This document shows positions 11,217 to 27,636 of a DNA stretch of 64,000 nucleotides, piece after piece. The stretch lies in NCBI RefSeq assembly GCF_009914755.1, contig NC_060930.1. The stretch is one strand, 5' to 3'. Every line of letters begins with the position of its first letter. The first letter of the stretch is position 1. Source of the DNA: the human T2T-CHM13v2.0 reference genome, Homo sapiens. A program made the translations under genes and the position numbers. The notes beneath the pieces were generated by a model. That model ran no database searches. It saw nothing but the letters and a program-made list of their open reading frames with translations, and had not been told where the DNA came from.

Positions 11217-12263
11217 GAAATCATTCCCAGCTGGCCAAATAGGAACAGCTCCAGTCTACAGCTCCCAGCATGAGCAACACAGAAGAAGGGTGATTTCTGC
11301 ATTTCTAACTGAGATACTGGGTTCATCTCACTGGGGCTTGTCAGACAGTGGGTGCAGGACAGTGGGTGCAGCCCACGGAGCATGAGCCGAAGCAGGGCGG
11401 GGCATTGCTTCACCTGGGAAGCACAAAGGGTTAGCGAATTCCCTTTCCTAGCCAAGGGAAGCTGTGACAGATGGTACCTGGAAACTCAGGACACTCCTGC
11501 CCTAATACTGTGCTTTTCCAACAGTCTTAGCAAACAGCACACCAGGAGATTATATCGTGTGCTGGCTCAGTGGGCCCCACGCCCACGAAGCCTTGTTCAC
11601 TGCTAGCACAGCAGTCCAAGAGTGAACTGCGACATGGCAGTGAGGCTGGGGGAGGGGCATCCGCCATTGCTGAGGCTTGACTAGGTAAACAAAGCAGCTG
11701 GGAAGCTTGAACTGGGTGGAGCCCACCGCAGCTCAACAAGAGGCCTGCCTGCCTCTGTAGACTCCACCTCTGGGGGCAGGGCATAGCTGAATAAAAGGCA
11801 GCAGAAATTTCTGCAGACTTAAACGTCTCTGTCTGACAGCTTTGAAGAGAGCAGTGGTTCTCCCAGCACAGAGTTTGAGATCTCAGAATGGACAGACCAC
11901 CTCCTCAAGTGGGTCCCTGACCCCCAAGTAGCCTAATTGGGAGACACCTCCCAGTAGGGGCCAACTGACAACTCATACAGCAGGGTGCCCCTCTGAGATG
12001 AAGCTTCCAGAGGAAGGATCAGGCAGCAACATTTACCGTTCTGCAATATTTGCTGTTCTGCAGCCTCTGCTGGTGATGCCCAGGCAAACAGGGTCTGGAG
12101 TGAACCTCCAGCAAACTCCAACAGACCTGCAGCTGAGGGTCCTGACTGTTAGGAGGAAAACTAACAAACAGAAAGGAATAGCATCAACACCAACAAAAAG
12201 GACATCCACACCCTATCTGTAGGCCACCAGCATCAAAGACCAAAGGTAGATAAAACCACAAAG
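11217..12263 (+). promoter_or_regulatory. L1 5'UTR (internal sense promoter and antisense promoter region)
   Basis: Homologous to the primate L1 5'UTR upstream of the ORF1 ATG; CpGs are heavily decayed to TG/CA; activity not demonstrable from sequence. Confidence 0.7.
11527..11667 (-). pseudogene. L1 ORF0 homologue, 46 codons
   Basis: MADAPPPASLPCRSSLLDCCASSEQGFVGVGPTEPA... aligns to recalled ORF0p MAGAPPPASLPPCSLISDCCASNQRDSVGVGPSEPG...; lies within ORF-track entry 11527..11784. Confidence 0.75.
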
Positions 12264-13289
12264 ATGGGGAGAAACCAGAGCAGAAAAGCTGAAAATTCTA
12301 AAAATCGGAGCGCCTCTTCTCCTCCAAAGGATCGCAGCTCCTCGCCAGCCACGGAACAAAGCTGGACCAAGAATGACTTTGACAAGTTGAACACAAGTTG
12401 GCTTCAGAAGATCAGTAATAACAAACTTCTCCGAGCTAAAGGAGGATGTTCGAACCCATCTCAAAGAAGCTAAAAACATAGAAAAAAGATTAGACGAACG
12501 GCTAACTAGAATGAACAGTATAGAGAAGACCTTAAATGACCTGATGGAGCTGAAAAACATGGCACGAGACCTATGTGATGTACGCACAAGTTTCAGTAGC
12601 CAATTCGATCAAATGGAAGAAAGGGTATCAGTGATTGAAGATCAAATGACTGAAATGAAGTGAGAAGAGAAGTTTAGAGAAAAAAGAGTAAAAAGAAACG
12701 AATAAAGCCTCCAAGAAATATGGGACTATGGGAAAAGACCAAATCTACGTCTCATTGGTATACCTGAAAGTGACGGTGAGAATGGAACCAAGTTGGAAAA
12801 CACTCTTCAGGATATTATCCAGGAGAACTTCCCCAACCTAGAAAGGCAGGCCAATATTCAAATTCAGGAAATACAGAGAACTCCACAAAGATACTCCTCA
12901 AGAAGAGCACCCCAAGACACATAATTGTCAGATTCACCAAGGTTGAAATGAAGGAAAAAATATTAAGGGCAGCCAGAGAGAAAGGTCGGGTTACCCACAA
13001 AGGGAAGCCCATCAGACTAACAGCGGATCTCTCAGTAGAAACTCTACAAGCCAGAAGAGAGTGGGGGCCAATATTCAACATTCTTAAAGAAAACAATTTT
13101 CAACCCAGAATTTCATATCCAGCCAAACTAAGCTTCATAAGTGAAGGAGAAATAAAATCATTTACAGACAAGCAGATTCTGAGAGATTTTGTCACCACCA
13201 GGCCTACCTTACAAGAGCTCCTGAAGGAAGCACTAAACATGGAAAGGAACAACCACTACCAACTACTGCAAAAGCATTCCAAATTGTAA
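12264..13289 (+). pseudogene. L1 ORF1p (RNA-binding chaperone), disrupted
   Basis: Starts MGRNQSRKAENSKN and ends ...LKEALNMERNNHYQLLQKHSKL*. Frameshift near 12390; in-frame TGA at 12661 and TAA at 12703. Confidence 0.92.
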
Positions 13290-13352
13290 AGACCATGGAT
13301 GCTAGGAAGAAACTGCATCAACTAATGAGCAAAATAACCAACTAACATTGTA

Positions 13353-17165
<3,813 letters not shown>

Positions 17166-18289
17166 ACAATGAGAACACTTGGACACAGGGTGGGGAACAT
17201 CACACACCGGGGCCTGTCATGAGGTGGGGGGAGGGGGGAGGGATAGCATTAGGAGGAATACCTAATGTAAATGATGAGTTAATGGGTGCAGCACACCAAC
17301 ATGGCACATGTACACATATGTAACAAACCTGCACATTGTGCACATGTACCCTAGAACTTAAAGTGTAATAATAAAAAAAATTAAATTAAATTTAAAAAGA
17401 TATATGGACAATATCGAATAAACAAGTGTTAAAAGTACTAGCATACTAAAGGATTTCTGTAGTTACAGGTAGCTACATTGTAATAAAAATAAAATGTTAT
17501 TTCTCCAAATAAAAGACTAATAAACATTTAATGAAAATGATGGTAATTTTTTTGGGTGACTGCTAATGGAGATAATTGAAAAAAGCATGGAACTTTTATT
17601 TCACATATTTTTATATATTTTTTTACTTTACTGAGATAAAAATACAGTGACTCCAGATACCTTCTAGACTAATGCCAGCCTTATAAAGATAGAATAACAC
17701 ACAGATGATCAACTGATGAAAGAGAAGTTTCCTACTTACAAGAAATATTTCATTTGTTCAAAAAACAGAGGCATATGTTTTTGCTTCATTGAAATTTTAA
17801 CTATTTGATAATTTTTTCCTTATGTTTGGGAGTTGACATACGATAACAATTAAATCTTAATGAGATTTAGCAACTTGGACAAAGTCATTCAGTTAGTAAT
17901 TGGCAAATCTTGAGTTTAAATAAAATGTTAGGTTCAGAATCCAAATGCTATGATTTTAGCTTTTATATTTACTCGAAGATAATTTTAAGTTATATGTTCC
18001 AGTGATACTTATTCTGTCGTAGATTAATTTTGAAAGTCTTATAGTCAAAGCTGAATGCGTATGGACCCAGAAGTTTTCCAATACTTCCCCCTAATATGAC
18101 ACTTTTAGTATGTATGAAACTTCGAGTAAAATATGACCTATTGTAAAATAAAAACATACTCTGTTTTTCTGTACTTCACTGGCATTAGATTTTTAAGCAC
18201 TGTAATTCTGTAGATTCATAATGAATTTGTAATGATTACAACTCCAGGTATTTTCTTTTCATATGCAGTAGTTGTTGTTAGCTTAATTG

Positions 18290-18535
18290 GTCCCCTTCTA
18301 AATTTATGCAAACGTGTTTTGAGCTTCAGTATTTGACTACAATTAAGACAATTTATATTCCTGCTAAATTTCATCATTTTAGTTAGGTGTTTTCATACAA
18401 GCAGAAAAAAATGTTTTAGCTACCCTCCCTGACTTTATAATATTTATAAATTTAATAAATATTCCTGGGGTGACTTTATTCAAGGAACTGATCAAAATGT
18501 TGGAAAATACATGATCAAGAATAGCCCATTATAGC
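18290..18535 (-). mobile_element. L3/CR1 fragment
   Basis: TTAGCTACCCTCCCTGACTTT...AAATTTAATAAATATTCC...TTCAAGGAACTGATCAAAATGTTGG resembles the reverse CR1/L3 RT region. Confidence 0.5.
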
Positions 18536-18569
18536 AAGAATATTTGCATTAATACAGTAATTCTTACTA

Positions 18570-18790
18570 TATGCACAATAATAAGCTTTTTGATCACTCA
18601 TTTTTGGCAGGGACACTGTGATTGACATGCACTTCCTTATTAACTCTTTACAACACTCTATAAAGTCAACCTATTACCCTGTCCTGTGGTGAGAACATTT
18701 TGAGGGATGTTAAGTCATTCTCCCGAGATAACACAGCCAGTAGAAGTAGAACCAGGGACTGAATACAGTTCTGACTCCACAAATCTGTCC
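18570..18790 (-). mobile_element. MIR
   Basis: TAACTCTTTACAACACTCTATAAAGT...GGATGTTAAGTCATTCTCCCGAGATAACACAGCCAGTAGAAGTAGAACCAGGGACTGAA...CTGACTCC. Confidence 0.65.
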
Positions 18791-19809
18791 AAAGGATTTT
18801 TCAATCTAGACCTGAAAGAGAGAAGTCCCTTTTCTTTGTGGTCACAAGGTGAGAATTCAAGCCTAGGAGTACCAGCAACCCTGGTTTCAGCCTTGTGGTA
18901 ATTGTCAGAGAAAGGAAGACAAAATGGAAAAGAAAATAAAGACGAAAAATAAATAAAAGGAGTGTAAATGAAATCTGGAAAAGGAAAGGCTAATGATACT
19001 GGATTTCCAGGTTCCAGACATTTCAACCATTAACCTGAAGGAATAACATCCTTTTTTGATCAGTGCTAAATAAACTTTTTATTAATATGTCTTTAACACA
19101 AGGAATATTAACAGAGAAAAGGAGAGATTAAGAGAGACAGAAAGGTTAGAATTCTCTGAGACAAGAGACGGATAGGAAAACTTAACCTTATGGGCAATTG
19201 AGACTGAGAAAGAGGAAAGACTTGAAGGGCCAGGGGAGTATGTAAGTACCAGACATCCAGAAGGCAAGTGGAAGAAACTATGTCAGCAATTCCCCTACCA
19301 CATTTATTTTAAGGCATTTGACAAGTTGCCACTGATTCCTTTTGGAAAGACATACATTTTGAGTAGTTGCATTTAAATGGAGTTGAATACTTAACATTTA
19401 TTCTTATCAATAGCATCTTTAATGAGCACTCCTGTCTTGGATTAATACTCTAGTTTTCATATTAAAGGCTCATTTTTCTACATGTTCTTGGTTTAAATGG
19501 ATCTTTCTTAGCTCTCTTTGTTTTCATTGTTGCTGATTTGTTGACCTTCTTTTCAATACTTAGCAGTTTAACTGATAATTTAGAGATCTTTATATGAGTA
19601 GCATAGTTTTTATGCTTGCGTGTAGTTACCTCTATTGAAAGATAAACTATGGTGTGCCCAAGAAGGCTGGACTGAGACGCTGTAATATGCAAGCCTTGTC
19701 TAACGCACCAAACAGAGAGAAGAGCTTCATGCCCCTGAATGGATCAATCAGGCTCACTTCATTCTGCGCACCGAGGCATACCTGCACCCATTATCTGATG
19801 GCATCTCTG

Positions 19810-20330
19810 TTTTCTCAAAATTAAACATTTTTCTCATTCCCACTTAATCATTTTGTCATAAATTTCATTGTTTGGGAAATAGCATTTCCATTGTTATTCA
19901 TTTGTATATCTCTGGTCATTGCTTTATTTTTAATTATTTTTATGTCATTTAGTTGTAAACAAAACTTATAAATGATACATTGCTGAATTTTGCTTTTTTA
20001 ACTCATTCTGATAATGTTTAAATTTAGTAGCATTATTTGGTCATTTCTTATTTTTCATAATCACTCATTTTAGCATATTTCTGACATAACTTATTTTACT
20101 ATGTTTTAATAGAAATACATGTGCTTCTTATTTATCTTCTTTCTTCCTTTTCTTTCATAGAGAATTGAGTATTGTTTATTGTCTGTTCTCCTACTAATTT
20201 CTGGTGGTTTGGAAGTTCTACATCTATTTGTTTTATGTTAGTGTATATTCTTAAACTTGAAGTTATTTATTACTTCATCAAATCAAGTTATAGCTAAGCA
20301 GTACCTAAGACTTCTAACCCAAAAAGTTAT
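19810..20330 (-). mobile_element. Ancient L1 (L1ME/L1M5-type) fragment
   Basis: T-rich degenerate sequence including TTGCTGAATTTTGCTTTTTTAACTCATTCTGATAAT, resembling the antisense ORF2 5' region of old L1s. Confidence 0.45.
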
Positions 20331-20394
20331 TTTAATCAATATTAAATTATATATTCATAGTATAAATGAACCTTAGATATTTTACCTGAATATC

Positions 20395-20490
20395 TGTGTG
20401 TGTATATGTGTGCATGTATGTATATGTATGGCTATGTGTACTTATGGGTGCTACATATATGGATGGATGGATGTATCTGTGTCTATGCAC
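20395..20490. repeat. (TG/TA)n degenerate microsatellite
   Basis: TGTGTGTGTATATGTGTGCATGTATGTATATGTATGG... Confidence 0.8.
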
Positions 20491-20660
20491 ACACTTGCAG
20501 TGTAAGTGCTTTTATGTAATGCCACCACATTGCTATTTTATTTGGAGAGGAAGAGGTTTGAAGAAGACATGCTGTGTAATATGATATAAAAATACATAAA
20601 ATCGTAAGATAAAATTGAACAAATCAGAGTGTAAAGAAGGTTTGACTGTGTTTTGATCTT

Positions 20661-20862
20661 TGTGGTATGTTGCTAAGTTTCCCCCTAAAACCATTCTTTC
20701 TTTTTCTCATAGTTAAAAAGTTGAATTGGAAACATGGTCAACCAGCTGGAAACCTTATTTTCCAGGCCCCCTTGCAAGTAGATATGACCAAGTGGCCAAT
20801 TTCTCAAAAATGAATGGTGGCCAGAAAGAATGTGTGCCACATCCAGGCTGTGGCTGTAAAAT
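20661..20862 (+). mobile_element. MLT1J/I-like MaLR LTR 5' fragment
   Basis: TGTGG start; CCATTCTTTCTTTTTCTCATAG...TTCCAGGCCCCCTTGCAAGTAGATATGACCAAGTGGCC resembles MLT1J. Confidence 0.55.
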
Positions 20863-21465
20863 ATTAATCGGGTCAATATATTTCCCTAATGTACGTGCAT
20901 ACGTCAGAGAGTGCAATAGCATTATGTCTATAAAACAATGTACATACCTTAATTAAAAATATTTTATTTGTCAAAGATGCTAACAATCATCTGAGACTTC
21001 ATTGAGTTGTAATGTATTTTTGCTGGTGGAAGAACTTCAGTTCCAGACAACCACAATAAAACAAATATTGCAAAAAAGAAAGTCACGTGAATATTTTGGT
21101 TTTCTAGTGCATATAAAAGGTATGTTTATACTACACTATAGCCTATTAAATGTGCGATAGCATTATGTCCATTAAACAATGTACATACCTTAATTAAAAA
21201 TATTTTATTGGTCAAAGATGCTAACAATCATCTGAGACTTCATTGAGTTGTAATGTATTTTTGCTGGTGGAAGAACTTGCCTTGATGCTTGTAGCTGCTG
21301 ACTGATCAGGGTGGTGGTTGCTGAAAGCGGGAATGGCTGTGGCAATTTCCGGAAATAAAGCAACAATGAAGTTTGCTGCATCAATGAACTCTTCCTTTCA
21401 GGAAAGATTTATCTGTAGCATTTGATACTGTTTGATAGTATGTTAAACTTTCTTTTTTAATTGGA

Positions 21466-21598
21466 GGACAGGCACAGTGGCTAATGCCTGTAATCCCAAC
21501 ACTTTAGGAGGCCAAGGTGGGAGCATCACTTGAGCCCAGGAGTTTGAGACTAGCCTGGGCAACATAGTGAGACCCTGTCACAAAAAAAAAAAAAAAAA
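21466..21598 (+). mobile_element. FLAM_C / AluJ left monomer inserted in Tigger1
   Basis: GGACAGGCACAGTGGCTAATGCCTGTAATCCCAACACTTT...ACTTGAGCCCAGGAGTTTGAGACTAGCCTGGGCAACATAGTGAGACCCTGTC plus A-run; no right arm, no clear TSD. Confidence 0.85.
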
Positions 21599-21599
21599 G

Positions 21600-22016
21600 T
21601 CAATTTTCAATTTTCTCAAACTCTTCTCCTGATTTATCAACTAAGTTTACGTAATATTTTAAGTTCCTTGTTGTCATTTCAGTAATGTTCACAGCATCTT
21701 CATCAGGAATAGAATTCATCTCAAGAAACCACTTACCTTTCTCATCCATAAAAAGCAAGTCCTCATTCATTAAAGATTTATCATGAAATTTCATCAATTC
21801 AGTCACATCTTCAGGCTTCTTTTCCAGTTCTAGTTCTCTTGCTACTTCTATCATAATTACAGTAACTTCCTCTACTGAAGCCTTAAAGTCATCCATGAGG
21901 GTTAGAATTAACTTCTTCCAAATTCCTGTTAATGTTGCTGTTTTGACCTCCTTCCATGTAACAAAAATGTTCCTAATGGCATCTGGAATGATGAATGCTT
22001 TCCAAAAGGTTTTCAA
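21600..22016 (-). pseudogene. Tigger1 transposase C-terminal remnant (TIGD1-like)
   Basis: KTFWKAFIIPDAIRNI...WKKLI...EVARELELE..PEDVTEL...KWFLEM matches the Tigger1/TIGD1 C-terminus; upstream frames are broken. Confidence 0.85.
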
Positions 22017-24307
22017 TTAATTTCGCACAGGTCGATCAGAGGAATCACCATCTATGCCAGCCATGCATTACGAAATGTATTTCTGAAATAACAGGATTTG
22101 AAAGTCTAAATTACTCCTGATCTATGGGCTACAGAATGGATATTGTGTTAGAAGGCATGAAAACAACATTAATTTCCTTGTACATCTCCATTAGAGCTCT
22201 TGGCTGACTAGGCACATTGTCAATGAGCAGTAATATTTTGAAAGAAATCTTGTTTTCTGAGCAGTGGGTCTCAAGAGTGGGCTTAAAGTATTCAGCTAAA
22301 GCATGCTATAAACAGATGTGCTGTCATCCGGGCTTTGTTGTCCATTTATAGAGCTAAGGGAGAGTAGATTTATTATAATTCTTAAGAGCCCTGGGATTTT
22401 CAAAGTGGTAAATGAGCACTGGCTTTAACTTAAAGTCACCAGCTACATTAGCCCCTAACAAGAGAGTCAGCCTGTTCTCTGAAGCTTTGATGATCTGAAA
22501 CCAGGCATTAACTTCTCTCTAGCTATGAAAGTCCTTAGATGGCATATTCTTGCATTATACAACTGTTTCATCTACAGTGAAAATCTGTTGTTTAGTATAG
22601 CACCATCAATTATGTTAGTCAGCTCTTCTGGATAACTTGCTACACTTTCTACAACAGCATTTGCTACTTCACCTTGTACTTTTATGTTATGGAAATGGCT
22701 TCTTTCTTTAAATCTCATGAATCAACCTCTGTTAGCTTCAAACTTTTCTTCTGCGGCATTCTCACTTCTTTCAGCCTTCACAGAATTGAAGAGAGTTAGG
22801 GGCTTGCTCTGGATTAAGCTTTGGCTTAAAGGAATGTTGTGTCTGTCTGATCTTCTATCCAGGCACTCAAACTTTCTCCCTAGCAGCAATAAGGCTGTTT
22901 TGCTTTCTTAACATTTGTGTGTTCACTGAAGTAGCACTTTTAATTTCCTTCAATAACTTTTCCTTTGCATTTACAACTTGGCTAACTGTTTGGCACAAGG
23001 GACCTAGCTTTCAGCTTATGCTGGATTTTGAGATGCCTCCCTTATTAAACTTAATCATATTTCTATTTTTTGGGTTAAATTCAGAGACATGTGACCCTTC
23101 CTTTCACTTTAACACTTAGAGGTTATTGCCAAGTTATTATTTAGCCTAATTTCAATATTGTTGTGTCTCAGGGAATAAGGAACCTTAGGAAAGGGAGAGA
23201 GATGGGGGAACGGCCAGTTGGTGGAGCAGTCAAAACATATACAACATTTATTGATTAAGTATGCCATCTTATATGGGCACAATTCATGTCAACCCAAAAC
23301 AATTACAATAGTAACATCAAAGATCACTGATTACAATCACCATAATAGACATAATAATAATATAAAAGTTTAAAATACTGCAACAATTGCCAAAATGTGA
23401 CACAAAGATAAAAAGTGAATTCATACTGTTAGAAAAATAGTGCCAATAGACTTGTTCAACACAGCATTGTGAAAAATAAAAAATGCAATATCCACAAAGT
23501 AAAATAAAGCAAAGTGCAATAAAACAAGGTGTGCCTGTACAGAAAACTCAGAAGCCTTTCAAGAAAGAATACACACATACACACACACCTCTCCCTAAAT
23601 AAATTTCCTGTTGTATGAAATGTATGGATCTTAATTAACACCACACTAAAATTAATTAAGCAAACTAGAAGTCAAAATAAATATTAAACTATTTTTGAAA
23701 TATGTTAGAAAGTAATTACAACACTGCATTAAAAACTTATAAGCTGAAATTAAACTCTATTCAATGGAAAATTCAAAGCAAATCCAATAAATCAGAAAAA
23801 TAAAAGTTGAGTCAGCCTCAGCATGCTTAGTTACTCAGAACTTAACCAACTGCACAGCTGCAATTTTCATGCAATTGACTTACTTAAGCACATTATTTCC
23901 TTAGGTGCCTGTAGTTCTAAACATGGATGTGGGACCCATCCTAGAAACCCTATTACTAGCTCCCCATGTGAGTTTCTCTTGCTCATATGTGAAATATAAT
24001 TACAAGTATTATCTGGACTATAATTTGTGCATACTGCAAAAAACCCTTCGACTTTACTGCAATCTTTTTTTTTCCATAATAGATAACATGAATATGCATA
24101 ACAATGATTGACAGAAAGATGCATTTTGAAAAAGTGCCTGGCAATGTTTTAATTAGGTAAATAATACAGTTATACAGAGTAGATTTAGGAGAATACTCCT
24201 CATAGAGCAGCAAGCTTTCCTACAAATTTCCAAAAAGACAACCAAGAATAAATACTGCCTATCCTCCACCCCTAAAAATATCAATCTGTTAATACTTGTG
24301 TTTCTGA

Positions 24308-24654
<347 letters not shown>

Positions 24655-25584
24655 TGTGTTTTTAATTCCTTAGACTTGTAGATACTACTTTGAGAAGTAT
24701 TTTCCCCTTGCCTTCACATATTTTCCAGTTTATTGATCTTCAGAATTTCAGTAGAAAGACTGATAGAAGACATAATAGTGACTTGTTGAGGATGCTTGCC
24801 AGAACTGGGTACCTAAGGCCCTACTAAAAGTCATATGTCTTCTCTCATTGTTTTTTTCATACTCGAAATCTGACCTTTCAATAGTTTTTGAATTCTTCAT
24901 GTCTCAAATCATTTGTCATGGTCTAAACATGCCAGTTTGCTCTCTCTTTTTCTGTAGCTATAAAACCAAGTCAGTATCTTCATTCATTTCCTTTCCCTTA
25001 GGTACTCTTTACACCTTTCAAATGAGTTAAGCTTATTTTTTGACACTTCTACCTATTTATATAATTGGTCCCAACATTCTACCAATCTTATAGGGAAAGC
25101 ACTTTGCGGGATGGTCCCCGACATCCTTTATCTTTTCTACAATACATATTTTGGCAAAACTTTAAAACTTATAGTTGTAAAATGGTCCGACTCTTGTCCA
25201 TGTTTCTGATATTCTAAAGTCTAAATGTAGTGCTCCATTCAGATCTAGAATTTGGAATTATTCTCATCCTCTACAGGGTAAGCATATATTTAAAGAAAAT
25301 ATATTCTAGGCAGAATCTCTTTTTCTCTCCATTTTTTTCTCTTTAACACCTGATCTTGTAAAATTTATTATTTTTTTCTAATCAACGCAATAGATTGATA
25401 CATCACCTATATAGTACAGATATCTATTGCTCTTTATTTCCTGATGAACTGCATCAGGTCCACTTATGATTAAACTCAAACTTTGGTCCTCATAATTTAT
25501 TACCAGAGAAAGTTTATTTAAATGACAGACTTTTAGTATTGGCTGAAGATGAAAATACAGAGGAAAAGAGTATGTCACACTCAC

Positions 25585-25823
25585 CAAGCCCAATGTCTGC
25601 ATATCAAAACAGTAAGTATTTTGGACACAGTTGAGTTATATTCATGAACATGAATCTTTTGCCCACCATTGTCTTGTTCTGACTCTTGTTCATCATTAAT
25701 TGTAAGAACCAGGCTTTTACACAGTAACTGTCCACAACAAATATGGCTACTGTAAAGTTGGAGGTTCTAAAAACACTTCTCCCAAATCTTGGTGCACTAG
25801 ATATATTCTGCTGCAAAATCAAT
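25585..25823 (-). other. Candidate non-coding exon
   Basis: Minus-strand acceptor CTTTTACTATCTCTCTACAG| and donor TTG|GTGAGT enclose 239 nt of unique sequence; all three frames contain stops. Confidence 0.25.
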
Positions 25824-27029
25824 CTGTAGAGAGATAGTAAAAGTCAACATTGACTCACAGATTATATATAGAATCTCAAGTCCCATGAGAGTGATAATGT
25901 TTGCTGAGAGTTTTTGAAGAAAGTTTCAATCCATTTATCTCTCTAGATATCTGTATTTTAATTTTGGTTTCAACCAGGCCAAGAAATGGTAGAAAATAAA
26001 ATTTATTGCTGAACAACCTTTTTCTGAAGAAACTCATCCTGTCCTCCTAACTTTTTCCTTAATCTTATCCTCCTATTCTATTTGTGTTTTCTCTGGATCT
26101 AAACATATGTAAGTATTTTTTTAATTTCATTTCAAATTATATACAATGCTAAAGCACCTCAAATATTTGTGGAAAATGTGAGGAATATATAAATTTAATT
26201 AAATTTTAAAAATTATTTTTTTGTTTTTATGCTTCCCAGCATCTTACACACCATTAAATAAGAATCTCTGTAGCAAACCATGATTTCAGGATAGCTCTGA
26301 CATTTACCAATTAGTAACTTACCATCTGAGATTAAGTTTCAGCATTTATAATTTGGTGAAATTAACCTCATTGTGGCTACTGAATGGCATAACTAATACC
26401 AAGTGCTAGCTCATTATATTTTACACATTAGATATTAATCATCATTTGTCTTATTTTCCCCACTAAACTCCATCTTTAATGTCTTTAACTTTCCTTCTCT
26501 GAGAACCAATCTACTATTTGGTAGGGGCAGGAATATCTGTAAAATCTAGTCCTTGAAGCTCTGAGCCCCTCTCATCACTCATGTTAAATATTTTCTGGTC
26601 TTTTCACTAAACTCTATAAACAACTCCTAACCATTAACACTGCTCATTCTTCCATCCTGCTACTTCCACTACTAAATGTAATAAGTCAAAAATTAATTGG
26701 GAATCGCTAAGGATTTGCCCTGAATTTATCTATTTCTCAAGCATAAGATTAGCTTGGTGCTAAAATCAATACAAGCAGAACTATACTGCTATTGATGAAA
26801 TGCCGAAAGGTATTTTATTACCCTGAACATTTCACTTATTTGACAAGGTAATCCTTTGAGCCTTGGATGTGGTTGGACAGAAAAAATACTGAACTCATCA
26901 GGATACATCCCTATTTATTTACTCTATCTGTTGAGGACCCAATAATGATGGCATAAATATTAATGATCAATTATGATAGTAATTTTTAAAATATGTCTAT
27001 TTTATATGGCTTCATGTTGTTTAGGGATT

Positions 27030-27560
27030 TTCACATTGTGAAAACACAAAAAAATTGTATATAATGTATTTATGATCCTAATAATATTAATAAAAGTGCA
27101 TATGTATGTACCATTCATCTTCAGAACTGAAACATAATAAATACCTTTGTGATGCCCCGTATGTCACTTCTCAATTAGACTGCTGTTCCTCCCTGAGGAG
27201 TTAATCACAAACTATTTTAAATTTTCAAGTATTTATTTTCTTTACTTTCTTAATAATTACATGCTACATGCATGTCTCTCTAAATAATACACTATTTAGT
27301 TTTGTATATTTTATTATTATATAAATGGATCCATCCTGTCTATTCTTTTGTGACTTATTTTTTTACCCCCAAATACTATCTTCGAAATTAATCTATAATT
27401 TTGTATTCATTTTATAGGATGTATATATCCCATTGCATGAATATATTCACCATTCTATGCTTCTCTTTAGATATTTGGTTGTTTGTTTTCTTTTACTTAT
27501 CATTGTATAAATATTGTGGTGTGTGTATATATATATATATACACCTTTTTAGATACAAAT
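27030..27560 (-). mobile_element. L1ME-type 3' end
   Basis: TTTAGTTTTGTATATTTT...TATATAAATGGATCCATCCTGTCTATTCTTTTGTGACTT...TCCCATTGCATGAATAT...GATATTTGGTTGTTT typical of antisense L1ME 3' ends. Confidence 0.6.
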
Positions 27561-27636
27561 CTAATGTCAGTAATATGGCACTATGTATGAGGCACATATG
27601 TCATCTCTGGTTATGGTTTGTTTTGGCACTTCCTTT

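Larger units (their letters stand above)
20894..23537 (-). mobile_element. Full-length Tigger1 (pogo/TcMar DNA transposon)
   Basis: Degenerate TIRs at both ends (CGTGCATACGTCAGAGA at 20894; AAAACAAGGTGTGCCTG ending 23537), each flanked by TA (20892-3, 23538-9). Internal transposase homology. Confidence 0.92.

Noticed and set aside
21600-22016. Domesticated TIGD1-type gene
   Set aside because: Only a C-terminal fragment is open; the rest of the transposase is disrupted and an Alu monomer interrupts the element.
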